Positions 36,401-48,899 of a stretch of 64,000 bases of DNA are shown here, piece by piece. Where the stretch lies: the NCBI GenBank assembly GCA_030141605.1, contig JAQGDQ010000012.1, positions 248,001 through 312,000 on the forward strand, written 5' to 3'. Position numbers and translations under genes: made by a program. How positions within the stretch are numbered: position 1 is the stretch's first letter; every line of letters begins with the position of its first letter. The DNA is from Tubiluchus corallicola. Its lineage: Eukaryota > Animalia > Priapulida. The notes under the pieces were generated by a model that searched no databases, had not been told where the DNA came from, and worked only from the letters and a program-made list of their open reading frames with translations.

Positions 36401-38732
36401 GCATATCTCTGTTCCCTTTTTAAAATGACAGACTTTGAGCTTGCGAGGTGATGACAAGCTAACAACGGCAACTAAACTACTAGAGAAAAGCCGCTCCACG
36501 ATGCATATGTCATCATTCTCTGCAAAAATAGTATTATTTCTAACATCAATATAAGATTAATACCCAAACTAACTCAAAAACAAATTTACAGTATCTTCTC
36601 TAGCGCATCAGGAAATTACAATACAAAATTAATTTCTGTAAAAACTAGACTTGTATTGTAACACCATTCAAAACCAAAATTATTAAGATAGGTCATCTAA
36701 TGCCCAAGTATTCAGAAGAGCATGGTAAAAACCATCCCAAGCTGCAACCAATGCAACGGTTATTGTAGATAACAGCATAGTACATCTTTATTGCTTATGT
36801 TTCAATGCAGACTTGCATCATCATCAGAATGTTTGCACAAGCCAGCTACAAATATGCGCTAAATCATAAACTAATGGACGCCACTATATTAATATTAGAC
36901 TTCCAATAAACACAGCAAAAGTTCATAACAACCCAAAAAGCTAGCACCCACAAACCAAACATTGGAAAACTGAATCCATTTCTTGGGAGGGGGTTGTTAT
37001 GAACGTGTGTTGTGTTTACTTGGAGTACTAATACAGTAGCATTCACTAATTTATAATTTAGCATATATTTGTAGCTGCCTTGTGAAAGTGCTCTGAAGAT
37101 AATGCAAGTCTACATCGAAACGTAATCAATAAAGATTGTACCGTAATGTTATTACCAAACAATAGCCACTACGTTGGTTGCATTATTGAAACAAAGCTTC
37201 TCGAGAAACAGATCAGTTTGAAAATGCAATTATTAATAAAGTAATACAACTTTATTTTTTCTGTCACTGGCTTTGTATCACATGATTTATAAGTTTACAA
37301 CTTAGTATTTGTCTTGTTTGCTTCTCATAATGTTGATTTTTGTAATTTTTATACACTGTATTTTTATTTAGGTGGACTATTGCATGCACATGAAAATAAC
37401 TGGTCGAAATGTTGCAGATGTTTTGTGTCTGAATAAAAGCCATGTTTTTGCTTAAAAGGGTACTGGTCTTCACTTTCATTTTTACTGTATTAAGTAATCA
37501 CAAAACTTGCACAAGAAATGCTATTTTACCAGACACTACCCAACTATTTATTAAAACAAGTAAATTTGGGTCACATTATTAGACATCCAGTACTCCTTCA
37601 TAATATTAATAGATTGTACACAAAAGAAAATAAAAACAAAACTTTCAAGCAACCTACAAGCAGCAAATTTAAAGCATGTTATAAGAAATTACCATACATG
37701 CCTGCTATAGGAAATTGGAGTGCATAATTTATAATTCAACTTACCACTCTCATATATGACCTCTAGCTTGTCAACAGAAACAATTGACAATAGTTTATAA
37801 CCCTTTTTTGTTCCAATAGCCAGTGATCTGAAATTAGAAAAGTGCATGTTGATTACACCAAAGCAAAATCAGCAAAAAAGGTTTAAAATGCATTTATTTA
37901 ACTATTTAACTGGACATTTAATATTAAAGAGTTTGGCTTTCTAAGTAATTACTATCACTACAACTCACTATTACTGCATACTGGAAAGGGGAAAATCACC
38001 TTATTCTTTATTATTATTTAGAGAAATTGTAGCATAAACAAAGCATAATTGCAGCTTTGCTAGTAATGGCTAACTTGATGACCAATTGGTCACTTACTAC
38101 CCTTTTTCCTACACCACTTGTGATATTTCTCTGACATTTTTATACTTATACTGCTAAATTGTTATATAAGTGCAACTAATTTTTGCTTTTACTATTTAAA
38201 TTGTGTGTTTGATGAGATAAAAAAATGTCTATGATTACGTCTTAATATAATAATAATAATAATATTCATTTGCAAGTTAACAACGAAAACTCTAGTAGCT
38301 TAGTGTTGATTCATAAGACCGAGACAACAATTTATTGGAAGGCAAGAAGCCAACAAAAATGTTCATAATGTAATTAAAAACTGTGACATTTTTAAAATAG
38401 TGAATGGTAATCGAACCTGTTCAAGTTGGATTATTTTGGCAATTTGCATTCTTGATTTTTTATTTAATTTTCAGTCTTTACAGATTATAACCCATAAGAC
38501 ACATCAAATCGTGTCAAGACTGCACATACAATAAAGACGAAAATCCAAATTAGTGCATTAGCGAGCACTTCTCAGGGTCATCAAATACCAGTTTAGCAAA
38601 ACAACCTTGAATACAAAATTTTGGTTTTCACATCCAAATAAATTACGAAATTACTACTTACGTATTATCCTGGTTGAAGTTAACAAACAATAAGTCTTTG
38701 GCTCCATTCTTATTTTGAGTGCCTACGCTCAT
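24468..38732 (-). CDS. WIPI2: WD repeat phosphoinositide-interacting protein WIPI1/2 (Atg18 PROPPIN), about 447 aa
   Basis: Minus-strand exons 38662-38732, 37745-37827, 36353-36519, 35834-35930, 34585-34682, 33943-34106, 31804-31911, 31063-31227, 30483-30590, 29755-29894 and 24468-24610 total 1344 nt, all GT-AG with compatible phases. Motifs include [77 protein letters not shown] and C-terminal EFPP. Confidence 0.95.
29320..29475 (+). mobile_element. LINE (CR1/L2-type) 3'-end relic in a WIPI intron
   Basis: AATAAA followed by a short (TGAATC)n tail, preceded by a ggtggc...gccatcc hairpin-like 3' UTR segment. Confidence 0.45.
35344..35414 (-). pseudogene. tRNA-like sequence (tRNA pseudogene or tRNA-derived repeat)
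   Basis: Minus strand reads gactggTAGCTCAACTGGTAGAG...gcTTCAAATCCC aacttgtcca then TTTTT. A and B boxes are recognisable, but acceptor and anticodon stems pair poorly. Confidence 0.6.
36792..36831 (-). ncRNA. Degenerate minimal type I hammerhead-like motif (Penelope pLTR type), copy A
   Basis: Minus strand catt-CTGATGA-t-gatgca agtc tgcatt-GAAAC-ATA-agca, followed by aataaa. Confidence 0.55.
37089..37128 (+). ncRNA. Degenerate minimal type I hammerhead-like motif (Penelope pLTR type), copy B
   Basis: tgct-CTGAAGA-t-aatgca agtc tacatc-GAAAC-GTA-atca, followed by aataaa; palindromic ACGT at stem III. Confidence 0.55.
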
Positions 38733-40479
38733 CAGACCTGTCACTCCTTTAGCTAAAAAGTCCAGCGTTCTGATTAAAATGCAAATGTTCGCAATGAAAA
38801 TTTAACTACGAGTACAACAACGCATAATCAAACCATTACAAGGTTTTGCTTTTCTCTTTCTCAAATCCTAATTTCTAGAATTCGCGGCGCACTGCAAAAC
38901 CGACTATATAGGCAAGTGCCTCCGGCTAGTGCAGCACTTTAAAGATTGAAACGCGAGGCATGTGCGGCTATTCGTCAGTGATTTGCTAACTGCATGCTGT
39001 TTTAAATGTTTTCATGACAAAAACGTATGTAGTTAAATGTTGCATTATTCGAATTTATAATTTTAAGTTCGAATCGAATTCAGACTAAAAAACTCCTTTG
39101 ATTCAACATTCAAACTCGAAGATTCGATGCTCCTCCTTGCTTTTTAAGTCATGGAATTGGAAAATAACCATGGTAACAGATGATATTAATCTGGTTCAAC
39201 ATAAAACCAATTGTTTTAAAATTACCAATGTACTATAACAATAGAATATCATAATAATTTTTGTAATTCAGTATTCAGCATTGTTTTTAAAAAATAATAT
39301 TAATGAAGTACTTTTTAAATTGCCAAAATTATTAAAGACAAAGACAATTTGTCAAGGAATATCAAATTAATGGTCCGATTTCATTTTCTCATATAATATC
39401 AAAATTATTATGTAAGGATAATTATGCAAAATCTAGCTAGAACCTGACAATATATCCTCACATAATACAATTATAGTGTTGAACTCAACAAGGCTAGGTA
39501 TCCAGAACACAAGTAAACATCCTAACAAAGTTCAAGTTTTTGAGAAAAGAATTTAGAAGAATTAGCACACCTAATACACCCTGTCAATGGCTCGGCTCAA
39601 TATTCCACTTGATGACAAATGATATAAGCTTACATTGCATCTATTAGGATTTTGAAGGAGGGATTCTAATTATTTCCATTTAACACCCAACGATGCATAA
39701 GATGATTTTGTGTGGTTTTTGGTTTCAATGAGTTTTTCTCGCGAATTCTCTCTGAGCTAACTCATAAGTGTGAACAACTTTGTCGAGTTTCAACTTGCAC
39801 TTACTGTTGGAGAGAACTTGCAGCAACTCTGGGAGTTTGCAAAAACTTGCCGACAGAATTCGCAAAGCCATTCACAGTTGCGAGTTTACTCTTAGAGACA
39901 AAACTCCCTAGACAACACGCTGCAGAAGTAGCTAATTGTATTGTTGCCATAATCGTTGTTGTCATTGCCATTGCTGCTGTTCTAGCTACTGATATTCAAT
40001 ATTTTGCTTATGCGTGTTATTGCAGCCGGACTTAACCGGTAGTTGACTTTCATAACTTTTAGTTCTTCACCACCCTTTCACCTATCAGTTTAATATCATA
40101 TCTCAGATAAATTAATCATTATTATAATTTTATTGCATTGTATCATATTATCGTTTCATGCACTGTGTTTTTCTTGTAAAAAGGTGATAAATAAAGATAC
40201 TTACTTAACCAGTAACTAGTAGACGTTTTTAACCCTGTTCTAAAAGTGTGGTAAGATTCTGCTACTGGGGTAGGAGATACCTCAATAACTGCGTTTGTTT
40301 CGTATTTACAAATAAAAAATAGTTTTCTGAATATCTGTGTGTAAGTATGGTTCTGCTTGGCATTAACATCCTTGGTGAATTAGAACTTAATACACGTATT
40401 GTCACTTTTGAACAGTGACCCGTGGATCAAGGTCAATTACAGTATTCAATTCTTCATGTCCAGACCTTTCATGTCAAGA

Positions 40480-41130
40480 CTCATAGATCACCGGCTACTG
40501 TTTCAATGTCTACAGTCTAGCTTCCAAATTGATGGAACTGTACTTGAATGGATGGCACTGTATTTTTTAAATAGAACACAGTCAGTTTCAGTAAGTGGTA
40601 AGGTTTCTGATAAATTTGAAGTGCAATAGGGGTGTCCCCAGGGAAGCTGTCTTGGGCTTCTGCACTATGCAACACTGTTTAAATGATGTCAAGTAATGAT
40701 GTTAGAATACCGGTTTATTTTCACAGGCACACAACCTCAACTTGACAAGTTAATGATTGATCATACAGTAATTGGTGGTGAAAGCGAATTATTCTCTGTA
40801 TAACTAAGACAAATCAGAAAACACTTAAATATGGATTCTACTGTCATTCTGGTGGCAGACTGGTACTATAGTCTCAACTTTACTATGCAAATAGCTTGTT
40901 TTGTTGTTTAGAAGATTATATTATTGCTAAGTTGCAACAAATACAAACTAATGCTGCAAATCTTATAGTGAATGTCAACCAGTTTGATCACATCTCACCT
41001 GTCTTGTCTTATGTCATCTGCACTGGTTGTCCGTTAAATTCTGTATTAATTTAAAAATTTCAACTGTTGTGTTCGGAGCATTATATTATGATGATGCTCC
41101 TCAGTACTTCTACGAACTTCTTTACGTCAT
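40480..41130 (+). mobile_element. Degenerate L2-type LINE reverse transcriptase and C-terminal fragment
   Basis: Translates to DHRLLFQCL..GTVLEW...LNRTQSV...GCPQGSCLG and, after deletions, RQIRKHL..KLQQIQTNAA..FDHISPVL..LHWL, with many stops and frameshifts. Confidence 0.8.
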
Positions 41131-42056
41131 TCCTCTTGCAGACTAATATTGAACGAAGGACCATTACTGTACCAACCTGTGTATAAACTTAGCATGGCTC
41201 AAATGTAAGAGCACCATGGCTTCAGTTGTGCCAACACTCCCCTCTTTCACATTGGTTACATCCTACTTGTGAAATAGGCATTACTACTTAACTGTTAGTT
41301 TCCGCCAATCTGGGCTTCCCTGTTGTAAGCCAGTTGCAGCATTGCCTTCAGCTGATGAGTCTGTTGCTATGAAACTTCTTTACTGTTTTCAATAAAATAT
41401 TTAATTTTGCCTAAACCTGTGCAGTTTTGGTGTTTCTTGTTAGTAATTTTACACAAAACCATTCTTAGATATACACTATACTTAGGTATAGTGGCCCCAG
41501 TTTCAGGAAAGCTTTTCAATATGAAATCAGGCCTTGCAAGAATTTTGAAGTTTGTCACCTTTTAAAGACGCATTTATTCATGCAAGCGTTTAACTCAATA
41601 CATTTTGGGGTCTAAAAGAAAATTGAATTTTATCCTTGTTACTGTGACTGAAATATGTGGTTTGACTGTGATTCTTATATTTCAAAATGCAATCTGGTGC
41701 AGTGTGAACTATGCTTGCTTGGTGTTAGACACTGTGCGATAGTAGACACACACATCGGAATTCATTTATCTATCAAACCCGAATTAATTTATAATAATCG
41801 TTTATTGACGACAGAGGCAATCTAGTTCCCTGCCGCAACAACAAATGTTATTTACTATATTGAGATCCTTTGTCAATTACAAAACAACTGACTAAAACAA
41901 ATAACATAATACTTATTACGATATTTCGAATACGACGACGGAATAGCGTTATACGTTCACAGTTGACGAAGTCTGGCACACAAAAGGGAATAATCGCGCC
42001 GTTTCCCAGAAACGTGGGCGGCCGAACAGATACAGAGATGCACTGTTCAATTTTGG

Positions 42057-42597
42057 CATTATCAGCTTACTCAAAACTCACAAATGTTTTTGAGAATAGG
42101 AAGATTTCTTTAGAAACAAAAATTAGAATATTCTCTGCCTTAGTTGAAACTGTATTTCTGTATAACTCTGAGCTCTGGACATTAAAAGCAAATCATAAAG
42201 CTGAAATCGATGCGTTTCAAAGGCGAAATTACAGAAACATTTTGGGTATTAGATGGCCAAAGAAAATTTCAAACAAAGATCTATATGAAAAAATAAAAGA
42301 AGACCTTGGACAAGAAAAATTAAAAGGCACCGTTTACGATGGATTGGGCATATGCTTAGACTACCTGATAATATTCCAGTGAAGATAGCTCTTCAACAAG
42401 CTATAGAACCAGCCAAAAAACCTACAGGAGGACAAATGTTAACATATTTCGATTTTGCACAGAAAGATTTAAGCACTTCAGCATTGATCCTTAGAAATAA
42501 ATCCACTTGGGGCATTGCGGCGAGCAGGGAGTCCTGGCATAGGGAGGTGAGCAGAATCATGTCTCTGGACGTATGATTCATTGCATTATGATGATGA
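42057..42597 (+). mobile_element. 5'-truncated RTE-type LINE insertion with 13-bp target-site duplication
   Basis: TSD tgttcaattttgg at 42044-42056 and 42598-42610, with an (ATG)n tail. Peptide ISLETKIRIFSALVETVFLYNSELWTL..AFQRRNYRNILGIRW..RLRWIGHMLRL with one frameshift. Confidence 0.88.
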
Positions 42598-43619
42598 TGT
42601 TCAATTTTGGGATTTCGTCCACATTCGTAGTCGATGTGTCGTCAGTACATATATCTTAGTTTGAATAAACAAATAAGGCCACAGATTAATTCAATGAAAT
42701 CAGCTTTGGTCACAGTTACACGAACTGTTTTTCATAACGGCTTCATAAATCATTTTGTGATAGAATAAGACTTAGTTTTTCTAAATATTTTTATTTTAAT
42801 TTTACTTTAATTATTTAGCAATTTTAAGTCGTCATTTTAGTACGCTTTTTTTTCGTACAGTGTTCAAGTACATGATCCACAACGTCAGTTTTTGCCCATT
42901 ATAGTGGAGTCCACAGTTGTCCATTGACCAATCTAGACTTAGGTCATACCATTCAATTCGCTTCATCAGACATTTCAACATTCTGTAACTGGAACTTGTC
43001 ACTTTTAATACTGTGACCTCGGGGTCAATGGTCAACCAATGCGGGCATAACTCATACCATTCAATTTCTCTCATTTTGTTTTGTTTTGAAGACTTTCATT
43101 GATGTATTACAAGCTACTACTGTTTGAAACTGGAAGCATTTGCCTCTAACACCCACCCAATTTTGGTTTTTCGCCCTTGGCGGTGTTAATAGTCAAACAA
43201 TCAGGGAGTAGCTTGGACCATTCCATTTGTCTCAACGAGACAGTTTATTTGATATACATGTACTACGACCTACTGTTGCCTGATATTGAAAGTATCTGTC
43301 TCCCCTGCCCGAATTTCAGTTTTACCCCTGCATACTTGTTCAACCAATTGGTCAACAAATCTTGTGTACTCGAGCCATTCGATTCACCTCATTAAGTCCT
43401 ATAACTTGATATACCACAAACCACTGCTTCTCCACACTCAAAGCAATTGTGTTTCCGACCCTCAATATAAGTTTTTCCCCTTTATAGCGTGGTCAGGTGG
43501 TCAACAATCTGTCCGCTGTGCAGACATTTCAACACAGACTTTTGTACACAGGACGTTTTACCACAAGACACTTGAATATATATATATATATTCTTGTCTT
43601 GTGTCTAAATGACCTATAT

Positions 43620-44050
43620 CTTCTTCTTCCCAGCTTTTCCCTATGTGGGGTCACCGTTGTGAATAAGTCTTCTCCACGCATTCCTGTTGTTGACCATCTC
43701 TTCATTTATGTTCTTCTCTCTCCGCTTGGGTCGTCCTCTTCCCAGCACTTCCCTTTCCATGACCTCCCATTCCCACGTGATCTTCACCGACTCTTCTTTT
43801 AGGTGTCCATACCATCGCAATCTTGCGAGGCTTCCACTACTTTTACTGTTCCTCTGATATTATTATTTCTAATTTTATCTCTGCTTGTTATTCCCACTAT
43901 CCATCTCAACATCCTCATCTCCACCACATCCATTTTCTTCTCTTCGGTCTTCTTTAGAGAAGCTGCTTCCAGCCCATAGATTAGAGCGGGTCTGACCACT
44001 TCTTTGTGGAGACTCATTCATTTGCCCCCCCCCCCACCCAGAGGCTAGGT
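43620..44050 (-). mobile_element. 5'-truncated RTE (BovB-like) LINE insertion with 14-bp target-site duplication
   Basis: TSD taaatgacctatat at 43606-43619 and 44051-44064, with a (GAA)n tail at 43620-43629. Peptide VVRPALIYGLE...EMRMLRWIVGITSRDKIRN...RWYGH..GRGRPKRR. Confidence 0.88.
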
Positions 44051-44089
44051 TAAATGACCTATATATATATATCAACATAATTCACATAT

Positions 44090-44602
44090 ATGTCGAAATT
44101 GCCTTGTGTCCAAATGTCCTATGTGCCAGATGTCCAATATGTCCTTGCGTCCGAATGTCCTAGCTTTCTTGCAAATAAATTGGGCTACTCTTCTGAGAAC
44201 GGATCAATCCACGATCACAACTCGATCAAAACATAATACAAGCAGCTAATTTTGATATACCTGGAGTGAATGTAGTGCCTCCTCAAAAAGTGTGCGTGTG
44301 AAAGGATCAAAGTCATGCAGTACTCGTCCTGCACTCTTTCAGGTTTTGTTGTAGTTGCTCTAACAAAGTGGGCAACTATGTTGTAATGGTGTCCTACGTG
44401 TCCAAATGTCCTTGTGCGCAAATGTCCTCATGTCCAAATGTCCCATGTGTGCAAATGTCCTTTGTGTCAAACTTGTGTCCAACTCTCCTGTGTCCAAATG
44501 TCCTATGTAGCCAAACGTCCATGTGCCCAAATATCCTATGTGTCGAAATAACCTGTGTCAAAAATGCTTGTATCGAAATAGCCTGTGTCCAAAACCCCTG
44601 TA
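44090..44602. repeat. Two arrays of a 20-bp minisatellite (gtgtccaaatgtccta-like)
   Basis: Arrays at about 44090-44163 and 44389-44602; related degenerate units on the opposite strand at about 57115-57185. Confidence 0.8.
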
Positions 44603-45011
44603 GTAACCATCTGGGATCATTGGTGTCCTCGACTCCTCGATTTTGGTTTTTGCTAGTACCGAAAAATTTTCACTGTACGCAAACGGCTCATATTTAGTCA
44701 TGCACTTTTAAAAGACCTCGACCTTCCCACTCACTCTGTTGACCCGGGGGTGATGGTGTAAATGCAAATCTCCCTACCAGAAACAAAAGGACCCTATTGA
44801 TAATAAAGAATTAAAAACTGTGGGTAAATCAAGAAGATTCTGCTGTAAAGCAGAATCTTAATATGGATCATTTTTTACTTCAGTCGAGCCCAGGTGAGAT
44901 AATAAGCCAGCAGCTGCTGCACTCGTTGGCACTGAATAACAACTTTACTCATTACTCATGAGGTAAATTAATCATTACTTCCTTATTAATTATTGTTTAT
45001 TATTACTTAAT

Positions 45012-46444
45012 TATCAGTACTTGCAATAACATTCAAAATCAGTTACAGATTGACCTAGCATATCATCAGTGTCCATTCTCATTATTTTCTTGGCATCTAG
45101 ATGGTGCCTATGGGGATAAAAAGTTGACTGTTTCTCCTAAACAATAGTTGCCATTTTTCAATTGTGGCGTCACAATTTGCGTCACATTATTGCTTTTTAT
45201 TTTACTTTTGAGTGCTTGACAGTGCCAACTAGCACATGGAAAGAAGCTCTGCGTTACGCTGATGCCAACTGATGTGCGGCCAACGGGGGCGGGGGCGAAA
45301 ACAGTTGGCTGGCACAGGGTGAAACCCCTGTGCGGAAAGGATTTATCCAGCCGAGACGAGCATTGGGATTGGGTTACTCGCTCTCCAACATAGTTCTTCT
45401 TTTGTGTCAAAGTGAAAATAGCAGATGCAAAATAAGACACATATGTGACTTCAGTGAAAGGTGTCCAGGCACCTGAGCCATCAGTGGAAATAGTCCATGT
45501 CTCGCCGATATACAACAAAACTGACATCACGCAGCTGTCCAGTAGATGGAGTTTGGTCATCGAGCAAATACATGGGCCAAACCTTCACCACGACTGCTAG
45601 CATAGAGACATGTGCAGACATGTGAAGAGATTTAGACTATTGTTGTTTACTTAGAGATGACTAAAATCTTCCTTTCATCTGCTGTAAAGATAAACTAACG
45701 CTCATTATCCTACATCAGCTATTTGCACGTGACTCACATTAAGGTCCATAAAAGTGCGTCCAGTGTCATCTAGTTTAATGGATTGTACAGCTAGCTATAA
45801 GGTAATGACAAACACATGCAATACTGTATCACAAGTACTGATCATATGGAGGAACAGTGATGGATTGGCCATACCTGTCATCCAAACTTCTGCTAATATT
45901 ACGACGTCCCATATCGTCTTTGTGAAGCACCCTGTTGTATCTCTGCTGTTTTTCTAACTTACCGTAAAGATACATCATGCACCAATTCGTCCCTTCCATT
46001 GAATGTGAGACTCCTCCAGATAACAATGAGTGCTTTTGGTCATCTGATGAACGTTCGGTTCATGTATCTGCTTGATGATCAAACTCCATCTACTGTACAG
46101 CTGCCTGATGTCGATCTGTTGTATAACAGTGAGGCATGGACTATTTCCACTGAAAGCTACTACCAAGCACTCAAAAGTAAAATGAAAAGCAATAATGCTC
46201 TGAATGACCTGAAAATGGCGTTGTGATGTTATAATTGAAAATGACAACATTTTTGGATTCATATCGTGCATTTCCGATCCATCATTAGCACATTGTCTTC
46301 GGTTAGGATTGATTGTTTAGGAGAAGCAGTCAACTTTTGATCCCATAGGCACCATCTAAATGCCAAGGAAAAGTATGAATGGACACTGATGATATGTTAG
46401 GTCAATCTGTAACTGATTTTCGAATGTTATTGCAAGTACTGATA
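45012..46444. repeat. Large inverted repeat whose arms each contain an RTE-like fragment
   Basis: 45012-45140 is the near reverse complement of 46313-46444. Similarity continues inward to KLHLL.SC.MS.LLY..E.WTIST-coding fragments at 45480-45560 (-) and 46080-46153 (+). Confidence 0.85.
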
Positions 46445-47156
46445 TTTTAAGGTCAATTCCATTTTCAACAAAATCAAGCAGTGATGTTCTTAATTATATC
46501 ATAATAGTATTGTGACGTCATCGTGACGTCACAGCCATAAAACTCGGGTGCACTTTTCTATCAGTCATTTCTAATACATATTTTTATCTAGTCTCGGTGG
46601 TTTAGGAGACATAACTGATTTTTGGCCTCAGTAGGTGCCGTCTTGGATTTATGTGCCAAAGTAACAAAAAGTGCCAAATGCTATTGCAATTTGTTCTAGG
46701 TGCCCCTTACTAGGAGGGGGCTATCTTTACCCACCTACAACGCATTTGCTAACAATTAAAGCAAAACCGGACCCAATCTTATACTGTAGGTCAAAACAAT
46801 CTACTCTTTAAATATTGAAAGGAAACACATGATTTTTTTCAAAAATGACTTACGTGAAAGAATTATTACCACATAAACACAATTTGACGTTTTACATGCA
46901 TTCCGCCATTTGCTAGTTAGACGATCACTAGCACCTGCATTTCGAAAGGGCAATGCGCAAAAACAGGTGCTGTACCTCTCAGTTCATATGTGTTCGTTTG
47001 TGAGGAACTACACACGTTTGACAGCTCATACGTGAGCACAGTGGTAAATTTGAAATTTGAATTTTTATCTTAAAACTTGCCTAGTTTTAGTACAACACAC
47101 TGAATATCTTACAGTAGCACTGTACTTCAATTTTCGCTTTCGCAAACACCTGCAAC

Positions 47157-47173
47157 ACTACTACTACTACTAC

Positions 47174-47244
<71 letters not shown>

Positions 47245-47270
47245 CGGTGTAGTAGTAGTAGTAATAGTAA

Positions 47271-47341
<71 letters not shown>

Positions 47342-47352
47342 CGGTGTACTAC
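47157..47352. repeat. (ACT)n/(AGT)n trinucleotide microsatellite with a strand switch
   Basis: (CTA)n flips to (TAG)n at 47174/47175; an acggtgt interruption occurs twice. Confidence 0.95.
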
Positions 47353-48899
47353 TAACAGTACAGCTAGTAGTCTACTGTTGTAGTCACACAATGTGATATC
47401 CAACATGTCAACAATTTTTGTAGGGGCAAAACAGATGCCAAATTCCAAAAATGCACGAATCCTGATAAAATCGATATCAAGTTATTCGTCTTGTCACACT
47501 TGAGAAAATATATAGTTTGACCTATTTCTTACGCTTTGTTAAGTCACTATGATTGCAAACTTGATAAGGTCTTTGCTCTTTCTGTAAAAAGTCAAATTTA
47601 TCCATAACATTAGGATTAATGAATACCTTTCAATATTTGATATCAATGAAACAATGGGGAAGAGAATAAAATCAAAGTTAGCTTTCAAACTCAAACTTGC
47701 TGAACAAGACTCTTCGATAGCTACATAGCTGCAGTAGATGTAGGCTTCACTTGGTGTTCCCGCAATCCATCATGTGAGGATAGGGAAGAGCAAGATGGCA
47801 AACAATTCACTTGGGGTGATATGCCAACAAAGCATTTAACCTTGTGTTAACTCGTCTTCCAAGGGCTTGCAAGATAATTTTTGTAAGTGATCCGTATGAG
47901 CTGCAGACAACTATCAAGGACACTGAACAGCAATAGCGTACAGGATTGTCTTTCATTAATGGTGCCAGAAATATCTTCATGAAAGAGCCGTTTTAAAACA
48001 CTTCAACAGCGTGTTTAACAACCCATTTGTTGAAATAAAATTCGGCTAGAGAATTTTTGAAAACCGAATTTAGAAATCTGTCATTGCAAGACCCAGAGGA
48101 GAATGTCATAAAATAATTTTACTCTATGAGAGATCATTGTTGGGACTGAAAAATGATATGGAGATGGAAGAGCTCGAATGCAAACGTACATGGAAACAGA
48201 CTTCTAGACATATATTCTCAACTCAAAAACTCTGGATGTTGTTGTTGACGTAGAATACACTGATGTTATGAGCTTAGCAGCTTACGCATTTCATTAGACT
48301 GAACCAATTTAAATAAAAATAACGCAGCAGAGATTGACAGAAGACCTTCACATATATCCATGTTTGTTCAAATTAAGGAATGACAAGCAATATACTTCAT
48401 GGATATGGACGCCATATTTTCCACCGAAACAGTTAACTGCTATATCACGCAGTTCTGTCTATTTTCACTGAGCGTTAAAAACGCAGCGATGATCGTTTTT
48501 AAAATGTTTTCCGGCACGGGCGTTTTTGTAGCGACATCGCCAACAGCGATAGAATCGCTGCGAGAAAACAGGCCTTTACTTAATTATTAATTGTGATTTA
48601 GTTAGCTTGTCTGCAGTGAAAGTATTGCATAATTTTAATAACGCTGGCCATCTTATGTTCGCCAAAAAGTTGAATTGCCGTAGAAGGAATTGATAAAAGA
48701 CTGTTACTTAATTTTTGCTGTTACTCAAGTAAGACAGCACATAATTCAGAAATCGTATACAACATGACTTATGCAGTTGTATTTCACTGCTGCTACATAC
48801 AGTAACTTTTTTGTCTCCGACATTCTGTCGCGGGAAAACTGCGCACGAAGAGGAGAATAACCTTCAAATTTTCAGCACTAATCATTAGAGCATGGTGGG

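Noticed and set aside
39712-40035. 107-aa ORF with a hydrophobic end
   Set aside because: Overlies a degenerate palindromic MITE-like segment (about 39748-39897) and low-complexity GTT/GCT sequence.
44368-44697. Cys-rich 109-aa ORF, and the CRISPR-like look of the 20-bp repeats
   Set aside because: Translation of a contiguous minisatellite; no unique spacers, no cas genes, eukaryotic context.
47173-47448. Poly-Thr/poly-Tyr ORF
   Set aside because: Translation of the (AGT)n microsatellite.
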